Below, in pieces: positions 17,280 to 24,570 of a DNA stretch of 64,000 bases (position 1 is the first letter of the stretch; each line of letters opens with the position of its first letter). Under the pieces are notes generated by a model, which was not told where the DNA came from, did not search any database, and was given only the letters and a program-made list of their open reading frames with translations. The translations under genes and the position numbers were made by a program. This DNA is from a virus (lineage: Duplodnaviria > Caudoviricetes): IMG/VR virus record IMGVR_UViG_2838967384_000001, positions 1,017 through 65,016 of that record; one strand, given 5' to 3'.

Positions 17280-17450
17280 ATGGAAAACTTAAATCGAGTC
17301 ATCGCAGCATATACAGCAATGGATCAGCGCCGCAAAGGGGAGGCGCTGTTCTATTTAGAGGAAATTGCCCGAGAATTTCCTATTGATGAAGAAGAAAATC
17401 CATTAGTCTCGCCCACCGTCACCATTAGGGATCGAAAGCTTCGCCACTGA
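17280..17450 (+). CDS. Unannotated 56-aa ORF resembling the repressor C-terminal domain
   Basis: AGGA RBS; MENLNRVIAAYTAMDQRRKGEALFYLEEIAREFP...; convergent with and overlapping the repressor 3' end. Confidence 0.55.
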   Translation: MENLNRVIAAYTAMDQRRKGEALFYLEEIAREFPIDEEENPLVSPTVTIRDRKLRH

Positions 17451-17816
17451 GCGGACCGCAATTCTGATGCTCTTCCGGCCAGCCTCGTCGGTGGTTCGGT
17501 AGGCATCAAGCAAAGTTGCCTCGTCTTCTCCGATCCACTGGGTGTGTGCATTGCGCGGCGGTGGCGACACTGGCGCGGGCTTTTGCTCGACCGATAAGCC
17601 GTCATCGGTAGGCTTGCCTGTTCCCTCTGCTAGCCATGTTGCATTGACCCCAAGCACCTTTGCGATGGTGGTGATCTTCCTCGCGGAATCACGCACACCT
17701 GACTCCAGATTCCCGATTGTACTTTGGGATACCCCGGCCAAATCAGCCAATTCTTTCTGCGTCCATTCGCGCTGAGCGCGGGCCCATGCGAGCCGCTCAG
17801 CCAAGCCATTAACCAT
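17403..17816 (-). CDS. CI-like XRE repressor without S24 peptidase domain
   Basis: LAERLAWARAQREWTQKELADLAGVSQSTIGNLESG HTH; divergent from cro. Confidence 0.85.
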   Translation of the reverse strand: MVNGLAERLAWARAQREWTQKELADLAGVSQSTIGNLESGVRDSARKITTIAKVLGVNATWLAEGTGKPTDDGLSVEQKPAPVSPPPRNAHTQWIGEDEATLLDAYRTTDEAGRKSIRIAVRSVAKLSIPNGDGGRD

Positions 17817-17838
17817 ACTTCACCTATCAATTCAGAAT

Positions 17839-17903
17839 ATCACGAATGTAATACATAAATTAATCACGTTGGTGTTGACATAATCAAACACAAACGTGAT
17901 AAT
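17839..17903 (+). promoter_or_regulatory. oR: three operators (17839-52, 17863-76, 17887-900) and pR
   Basis: A(T/A)CAC-N4-GT(G/A)(A/T)T sites at 24-bp spacing; TTGACA(17875)-17-GATAAT(17898). Confidence 0.8.
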
Positions 17904-17909
17904 GAATTT

Positions 17910-18155
17910 ATGGACATCCAAAAAATCACCTCGGAACTTCTCGCAAGCGGCCTAACCCAGCAAGAGCTGGCGGATCAGGTGCCGTGCAGCCAAGGGCTAA
18001 TTAATGCCTATGCACAAGGCAATCGCGGCAAGCGTCCAACCATGGCGATCGGGAATCGACTGATCGAATTGCATGCCAGCCGGTGTACGCAATCAAACCC
18101 CAATCCCCAGCGCGCTACCGTGACCACGCGCAAACCTGCGAAGGAAGTCGCATGA
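17910..18155 (+). CDS. cro: Cro-like HTH regulator
   Basis: SGLTQQELADQVPCSQGLIN; first gene after pR. Confidence 0.8.
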   Translation: MDIQKITSELLASGLTQQELADQVPCSQGLINAYAQGNRGKRPTMAIGNRLIELHASRCTQSNPNPQRATVTTRKPAKEVA

Positions 18156-18582
18156 GCAACCACACCAACATCAGCGCCGCGTTGCTTGCGGCCTTCAACC
18201 TCGACACCGACAACGCCGATCCTGCCGCCGTCGCCGATGCCGCGGCAACCGTGCTTGTCGCGTTCGCCGACCTGGTGCGCGGCCCGGCGCCAACCCCTTA
18301 CTTCGCCGGCGAGGTGCTGAAGTTCGCCACCGTCGAACTGGCGCCGCTGCCCGGCCAGGCTGAACTGATCGCCGAGATCCGTGAGCTGATCTACGAGATC
18401 CGCGCCGACCGCCAGGCCTTTGTCGAAGAGCGCAAGACCAACAACCGCCTGTTCCGTTCATTCGTCGGCGGCATGCCTGGCGCTGAGCACAGCGGCCTAC
18501 CGGGCTGACGACGCCCGTCGAATTTGCATCACCCGTACTACACCTACCCAAACCTCGTAGTCCGAATCACAGGAGCCACACC

Positions 18583-18888
18583 ATGAAAACGAACGTCCGC
18601 CACAACTGCCTGGAAGTCCCCCTCAGCGATACTGAGAAATCCCGCATCGATGCCCACTGCATCGCCTCCGGCCTCGCCCGCGCTGTCTTTGCCCGCTTCT
18701 CGATGCTGCAAGCCATTGAGTCGAATCTTACGGCCAACAAGCTGCCGATGGAATCCCTACCTTGTCGGGATACGCCGATCGCCAGCAGGGCCTGGCTGGG
18801 CATCACCAGTGTACGCCAGCACCACCGCCGCGTTGCACTGCCGGGCCGGAGTGCCTTCGGCTCTCGAACGCCGAAGCGATTGCTTTAA
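18583..18888 (+). CDS. Small DNA-binding protein at the cII position (RHH-like)
   Basis: AGGAG RBS; EVPLSDTEKSRIDAHCIASGLARAVFAR. Confidence 0.45.
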   Translation: MKTNVRHNCLEVPLSDTEKSRIDAHCIASGLARAVFARFSMLQAIESNLTANKLPMESLPCRDTPIASRAWLGITSVRQHHRRVALPGRSAFGSRTPKRLL

Positions 18889-19177
18889 AGGCTTTCGGTT
18901 GCGCAGCGAAATTCCAGGCCATCAATAAGGAGAGGTGATGCAGGACCAGAAAGAGCAAGGCGCGAAAGACGCCGTGGTGCATTACGCGAAGGCGCACGTT
19001 GGCGCGCGAGATCGCCGGCGTGACGCCAGAACGACAGAAGAGAAGAGTCAGGCGCAGCGCGAGGAATACCGCACCGGTCGCGAGTTGGACAAGGCGGTGC
19101 GGCGGCTGCCGCCATGACGGCGCCAAGGGCAGATTGCTGAAGCGACTTGACTTAATTGAATTTACCAAGGGGATGCG

Positions 19178-19876
19178 ATGGAAATGACTGTGCCGCCGGG
19201 TGGACTGCTGATGACGAGCCGCGAGATTGCGGACTTGACTGGCAAGGCGCATTTCAATGTCGCTATCGACATACGGAAAATGCTCAGCGAACTCGGAGAA
19301 GACGTCTTGAAGTTTCAAGGTATCTATCTGGACAGCATGAACCGCAAGCAGACTGAATATCTGCTTGACCGCGAGCTGACGGACACGCTGCTGACAGGCT
19401 ACAGCGCCATGCTGCGCCGCAAGGTAATTGCTCGCTGGCGCGAGCTGGAGCAGAGCGTCGCCGCCCCGGTGCTGCCCGACTTCACGAACCCGGCCGCCGC
19501 CGCCCGCGCCTGGGCGGACCAGGTCGACGCACGCCAGGCGCTGACCGCAAAGATCGCCCTCGACGCGCCGAAAGTCCTCTTTGCCGAAACGATCCGCGCC
19601 ATTGACGGCCTTTGCCACATCGACAGGGTCGGCAAGATGATCGGCATCGGCCGCACTAAATTATTCGCCCGCTTGCGGGAAGACAAGATTCTCATCAAGG
19701 GCAGCCGCATGCCGTTCCAGAAATACATCGACAAGGGGTACTTCTCCGTGGTCGAGGGAAATCCGTACACGGACAGCAAGGGTGTCTCCCGCCCTACGTT
19801 CACCACGATGGTGACCGGTGCCGGGCAGATATTCCTGGTCCGACGCTACGCCAAAGCTGCGGAGGCCGAATCGTGA
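19178..19876 (+). CDS. Rha-family / KilA-C (ANT) antirepressor
   Basis: MTSREIADLTGKAHFNVAIDIRKM; LPDFTNPAAAARAWA; DAPKVLFA...PFQKYIDKGYF...TMVTGAGQ. Confidence 0.88.
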   Translation: MEMTVPPGGLLMTSREIADLTGKAHFNVAIDIRKMLSELGEDVLKFQGIYLDSMNRKQTEYLLDRELTDTLLTGYSAMLRRKVIARWRELEQSVAAPVLPDFTNPAAAARAWADQVDARQALTAKIALDAPKVLFAETIRAIDGLCHIDRVGKMIGIGRTKLFARLREDKILIKGSRMPFQKYIDKGYFSVVEGNPYTDSKGVSRPTFTTMVTGAGQIFLVRRYAKAAEAES

Positions 19877-20175
19877 ATGCTCAAGCAAATAGCGCGACAT
19901 CGTCGCCGAGCGTTGCGCGCCTGATCGCGCTGGCCAATATCGGCGAACTGGCGATGACGCATCACCGCGCCGTCAATGCTGCCAATGCTGCCAAGAACAT
20001 CTACCACGAGGCAATCCGCGAATACGAGGGCGGCGACCACACCCCGGTTGGTGGGCCTGGCTGGGATGAGTTGCAGATAGAGACCGCAACCGAGTTCGCA
20101 GCGTACCGCGCCGCATTGCGCATTGCCTACAACATCAAGCGCCGGCTGGACAACGCCTGCCGCAAGTTCAACTGA
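19873..20175 (+). CDS. Hypothetical phage protein
   Basis: Coupled ORF in the early-right operon. Confidence 0.5.
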   Translation: MNAQANSATSSPSVARLIALANIGELAMTHHRAVNAANAAKNIYHEAIREYEGGDHTPVGGPGWDELQIETATEFAAYRAALRIAYNIKRRLDNACRKFN

Positions 20176-20197
20176 AGTACCTAACCCGGAGACACGC

Positions 20198-20758
20198 ATG
20201 AATCAAGCAGACGTACTACGCATCATCGAAGACCGCACCTTCACCGCCCAGCTGGGCGAGCGCACCATCACCGGCCTGGCCGTCGAAAGCACCTGGAACG
20301 GTCTGACGAACTACACGACCGCCAACGGAGCGAACTTGGTGGTGCTGGACGCCGAGCAGCGCGTGATCACCGGCACGCCGTCGCTGCTGGTCCACCTGGG
20401 TCTGGGTGAGCCGCAGATCGGCGCCGAGTTCGGCGGCGGCATCTACGCCGGCCTGACCGAGATCGATGGCAAGCCCGCGCGCCTGATTCTGCTGCCAGCA
20501 TCGGCCGTCGATGTGTCGTGGGATACCGCGATGGACTGGGCGAAGTTGCAAGGCGGCTACCTGCCCACGCGCGCCGAGCAGCGCACTCTGTTCGAGAACC
20601 TGAAGGACCAGTTCTTGCCGCGCTGGCATTGGTCCTGCGAGCAGCATGCCGACTACCCGACTAACGCTTGGTTCCAGAGCTTCGTCAATGGCTACCAGTA
20701 CGGCAACCTCAAGTCGTATGCCGGCGCCGCCCGCGCCATCCGCAGATCATTCATTTAG
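20198..20758 (+). CDS. DGR target 3, DUF1566/CLec-like protein with N-terminal extension
   Basis: GGAG RBS; IGAEFGGGIYAG, WDTAMDWAK, LPTRAEQRTLF, WHWSCEQ, ARAIRR; 3' end is VR3. Confidence 0.92.
   Translation: MNQADVLRIIEDRTFTAQLGERTITGLAVESTWNGLTNYTTANGANLVVLDAEQRVITGTPSLLVHLGLGEPQIGAEFGGGIYAGLTEIDGKPARLILLPASAVDVSWDTAMDWAKLQGGYLPTRAEQRTLFENLKDQFLPRWHWSCEQHADYPTNAWFQSFVNGYQYGNLKSYAGAARAIRRSFI
20641..20747 (+). repeat. DGR variable repeat VR3 (inverted relative to TR)
   Basis: 107 bp colinear with TR; 9 mismatches, all at TR adenines. Confidence 0.97.
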
Positions 20759-20773
20759 TAATTCAGTAATTTA
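20753..20773 (+). promoter_or_regulatory. IMH-like element after VR3 (ATTTAGTAATTCAGTAATTTA)
   Basis: 20/21 identical to the VR1/VR2 element, same 5-nt spacing. Confidence 0.75.
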
Positions 20774-20782
20774 GAGGACAAG

Positions 20783-21379
20783 ATGGCAAACGAAAACCAA
20801 GCCGGCGCTGAGATGGACATGGCGCGCCGGATCGGCATGCACCTGGCCACCACGACCACCATCGATGCGGTCACCGCCGGCAAGCTGGCCGTCGACATCG
20901 TCAAGATGCTGCCGGGCGCCGACCAGACGCCGGCCGGCTACATCGCCAGCCAGGACTTGGTCAAGCTCGGCAACTGCCGCACCGAGCTGTGGGCCGCGCC
21001 GCCGGCGACGGATGCGGTCCCGGTATTCCTCGGCGCGCCGCCGGCGAAGGCCGATGTCTGCGCCGAAATGCGCGCGCTGTGCAGCAGCTGCGGCGGTACC
21101 GGCGACGTGCACCGCACCGACGGCGTATGGATGGGCGAATGCACATGCGCCCTGGCTGTCGCCGAGCGCGACGCGGCGCGGTATCGCTGGCTGCGCAATC
21201 AAATGTCGTTCTCGACGCTGAGCGGTGCGCCCGCCGAAATGAATCTACGTGCCATGATTCCGGCGCCCGATCACAACTGCCATACCGATTGGATGGAACA
21301 GCGATTCGACGCGAGCGTTGATCGTGCTATCGACGCCGCCATGCTCGCCGCCGCGCCGGCCGCTGGGAGCATTGCATGA
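20783..21379 (+). CDS. Hypothetical phage protein with Cys-rich segment
   Basis: CSSCGGTG...ECTC and ERDAARYRWLR phage motifs. Confidence 0.6.
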   Translation: MANENQAGAEMDMARRIGMHLATTTTIDAVTAGKLAVDIVKMLPGADQTPAGYIASQDLVKLGNCRTELWAAPPATDAVPVFLGAPPAKADVCAEMRALCSSCGGTGDVHRTDGVWMGECTCALAVAERDAARYRWLRNQMSFSTLSGAPAEMNLRAMIPAPDHNCHTDWMEQRFDASVDRAIDAAMLAAAPAAGSIA

Positions 21380-21849
21380 AACTGCAAAAGCAACTGATCC
21401 TCGACCACAACCCGGAGCAGGGCCGCCACGGCGACTGCTACCGGACCTGCATCGCCATCCTGCTGGGCGTGGACGCCGCCGATGTTCCGAACTTCACCGG
21501 CGACGCCGTTGAGGCTGGACTTGGCCAGGATGCCGCCGATCTGGCGGCGCAAGCTTGGCTGACGGAGCGCGGCTACCGCGCCATCCAGATGACGGTCAGC
21601 GCCGAGTTCTCCGGCATCGGAAAGTGGATTGAGAAGGCCGCCGCCGGTATGCCCTACATCTTGGCCGGCCAGAGCCCTCGGTACAGCAGCTGTCACTGCG
21701 TCATCGCGCGCGGTGCGCTGGAGCCGGTCTGGTGTCCATCTGAGGGCCGTCCGGTGATGCTGGAAGCGTGGCGCGATCCAGCCAGCGAGGCCCACTTCTA
21801 CTTCATCGAGTTCATCGTGCGCCCGGTCGCGGCTGAGGCCATGCCATGA
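21376..21849 (+). CDS. Hypothetical protein, possible papain-like Cys/His fold
   Basis: GDCYRTCIAILLG ... HCVI. Confidence 0.45.
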   Translation: MKLQKQLILDHNPEQGRHGDCYRTCIAILLGVDAADVPNFTGDAVEAGLGQDAADLAAQAWLTERGYRAIQMTVSAEFSGIGKWIEKAAAGMPYILAGQSPRYSSCHCVIARGALEPVWCPSEGRPVMLEAWRDPASEAHFYFIEFIVRPVAAEAMP

Positions 21850-22059
21850 GCGCCCATGACGAGGACAAAGGCAAGGTCAGCCTGGCCGTATTCGTCCGCG
21901 AGATGCGCGAGAACATCGCCGCCCATATCGAATTCGCCCAGCTCGATGCCAGGATCAAGCGCGCCAAGTACCTGGCGCTGACCAAGGAAGGATTCACCCC
22001 ACAGGAGGCATTGACGCTATGCAAACCATGATCCAACAGGCGTGCGCTGGAGCACCGCC

Positions 22060-22305
22060 ATGACACCTATCGACGACCGCGGCACCGTCGCCAAGCTGTT
22101 CGATTTTCTGAGGGCCGAGCATGGCCTCGAAAGCGACGCGGACCTGGCGCGAGAGCTTAATCGCGACACGGCCTACATCAGCAAGGTACGCAAGGAAAAG
22201 ATTCCACTGACGTCCAACCTGATCCTGTTCATACACATCCACTTCGGCGTGGGCGTGCAAGAAATATTTGAGCGCTCCGGCCAGCAGTTCCGGTGGGGCA
22301 AATAA
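22060..22305 (+). CDS. Small HTH protein
   Basis: LESDADLARELNRDTAYISKVRK. Confidence 0.6.
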   Translation: MTPIDDRGTVAKLFDFLRAEHGLESDADLARELNRDTAYISKVRKEKIPLTSNLILFIHIHFGVGVQEIFERSGQQFRWGK

Positions 22306-22570
22306 AAAAGCCGGCGTCCAGGCCGGCTTCGTACAGCAACTACAGAGGCAATTATGATACCACAACAAAAAATCACGGCGGTGAATCCATGACGACCGCG
22401 AACTACCAAAGCACCAAGGTCGTCGAGGCCGCCAAGGGCTGGCGCGTCACCGACAAGGCCGAGACCGCCGCGCCGCCGGCACAGAAAGAGCAAGACCGCA
22501 AGGAGCACCGTTTCAGCAAGCAGAAACTGCGCGCCGCCGTCGACGAGCTGGCGAAGAAGGGCGGCAACCC

Positions 22571-22963
22571 ATGACCGCCGCCAACCAAACCCAGCACCGC
22601 ATCAAATCGCTGCAAACGCTCGTTGCTGAATTCGGCCGCCGCGAAATGACCATGGTCGACGTCGGCGAATTGCTGGACATCAGCATCAGCGGTGCCCGCA
22701 AGTACACCTACGACCTGATCGCGGCAAAGATCATTGTCCAGGCCAACCCGCAGAATCCGGGCTTCACCAAGGTCATGAAGGTATTCGGCATCGCCGCCGA
22801 TCCCGCGCTGATCGAGCAATTCCTCGCTGAACTTGCGCTCGGCAACCTCCCGTCGCGCCAGCCGTGGGCGCCACCGCCAGTGGTTGTGCGCCAGGCGCGC
22901 GCCGCGTTCCGCCATCCGATGGATATCGCGTTCTTTGGCGAAGCACGGGGAGCGCACGCATGA
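22571..22963 (+). CDS. Winged-HTH-like protein
   Basis: MTMVDVGELLDISISGARKYTYDL. Confidence 0.55.
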   Translation: MTAANQTQHRIKSLQTLVAEFGRREMTMVDVGELLDISISGARKYTYDLIAAKIIVQANPQNPGFTKVMKVFGIAADPALIEQFLAELALGNLPSRQPWAPPPVVVRQARAAFRHPMDIAFFGEARGAHA

Positions 22964-24570
22964 AGCGCGACCTGATCACTCCTAAATTGCATGTTGGTGG
23001 GCGCCAGTTCCAACTTCCGATTCACGATGAACTTGTTGTCGACGAGTTCTCGTGCGGCGGCGGAATGTCAGAAGCGATCGAGCAGGCGATCGGCCGTCCG
23101 GTCGATATTGCCGTCAACCACAATAGCGATGCATGCAGCATGCACGAGGCAAACCACCCGCAAACGAAGCACTATTGCGCCGACGTTTTCGATGTGTCGC
23201 CCATCGATGTGACCGGTGATATGGCTGTAGGACTGCTACACATGAGCCCTGATTGCACAGACCACAGCCAGGCCAAGGGCGGCCAGCCGCGCAGCGCCAA
23301 GTTGCGCGGGCTGGCATGGATCGGCGTGCGGTGGGCAGGGCAGAAGCGCCCGCGCGTGATGACACTTGAGAACGTCAAGCAGATTCGCAACTGGGGGCCG
23401 CTGATCGCCAAGCGCTGCAAAGTGACGGGTCGTGCCATACGTCTTGACGGTACGGTGGCTGCGCCCGGTGAGCGCATTCCAGTCGAGCAGCAATACCTGA
23501 TCCCAGACCCGCGACGTGCTGGCCGCACCTGGAAGAAATTTAACCAGATCATCCGCAGTATGGGCTACATCACAGATGACACGCTTTTGTGCGCCGCAGA
23601 CCACGACACGGCTACCTCGCGCACTCGCCTGTTTTGGGTGGCTCGCTGCGATGGCGAGCCTATCGTGTGGCCGGAACCGTCCCATTACAAGACGCCAGCG
23701 GTTGGCCAGAAGAAGTGGCGGCCCGCGCACGAGCATATCGATTTCAGCATCCCATCCAAATCGATCTTCACACGCGCCCGCCCGCTGGCCGAGGCGACAA
23801 ACAAGCGCATCGCGCTGGGTCTGAAGCGCTACGTCCTCGATAATGCCGATCCGTTCATCATCGAACTGGCCAACTGGTCGCGCGAAGGCGTCACATCAAT
23901 TCACGAGCCACTGCGCACTATCACCGCATGGCCACGGGGCGGGTCAATGGCAGTTGTTGAACCCCGACTGGTGGCAGCGTTCATAGATCAGGCAAACGGC
24001 GGCTTTAACTCAACACCGGCGCGCGACATGCGCGATCCATTGTCGACCATCACCCACACCGGCAGCCAGCAGCGCCCAGTACTGGCCCATTTGCTGCATT
24101 TGCGTGGGAATTGCGCCGCGCGCGACCTGAAGGACCCGCTTCATACGATCAGTGCCGCCGGACAGCATCACGGCCTCGTCGAATATCACCTGGCGCCGGA
24201 AGCGGAGGAGGGCGCGCTGCGCTGCGCTGCATTCCTGATCCGTTACTACGGCAGCGGCGGCCAATGGGGAGACCTCCGCGACCCGTTGGCGACGATCACG
24301 ACGAAGGACCGACTTGCCCTGGTTACGGTCTGGATCAAGGGCGATCCATACGTGATTGTCGATATCTGCCTGCGCATGCTGGTGCCGCGCGAGCTGTACA
24401 ACATCAGCGGCTTCCCGCCCGGCTACATCATCGAGCGCGGGCACGATGGGCGGATTTTCTCAAAGGCGACGCAGGTTTCCATGTGCGGGAATGCCGTTTC
24501 TCCGACGCTTGGCAAGGCGGTCATCAAGGCCAACTATCAGCCGCGCCAGCGCATTGCGAGCGCCGCATGA
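22960..24570 (+). CDS. DNA (cytosine-5) methyltransferase
   Basis: VDEFSCGGGMS (motif I), SPDCTDHS (IV), LENV (VI), SRTRLF (VIII), MCGNAV (X). Confidence 0.92.
   Translation: MKRDLITPKLHVGGRQFQLPIHDELVVDEFSCGGGMSEAIEQAIGRPVDIAVNHNSDACSMHEANHPQTKHYCADVFDVSPIDVTGDMAVGLLHMSPDCTDHSQAKGGQPRSAKLRGLAWIGVRWAGQKRPRVMTLENVKQIRNWGPLIAKRCKVTGRAIRLDGTVAAPGERIPVEQQYLIPDPRRAGRTWKKFNQIIRSMGYITDDTLLCAADHDTATSRTRLFWVARCDGEPIVWPEPSHYKTPAVGQKKWRPAHEHIDFSIPSKSIFTRARPLAEATNKRIALGLKRYVLDNADPFIIELANWSREGVTSIHEPLRTITAWPRGGSMAVVEPRLVAAFIDQANGGFNSTPARDMRDPLSTITHTGSQQRPVLAHLLHLRGNCAARDLKDPLHTISAAGQHHGLVEYHLAPEAEEGALRCAAFLIRYYGSGGQWGDLRDPLATITTKDRLALVTVWIKGDPYVIVDICLRMLVPRELYNISGFPPGYIIERGHDGRIFSKATQVSMCGNAVSPTLGKAVIKANYQPRQRIASAA

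Noticed and set aside
5165-20747. TR/VR copies as CRISPR repeats or simple gene duplications
   Set aside because: Not arrayed with spacers; mismatches confined to adenines cannot come from neutral duplication.
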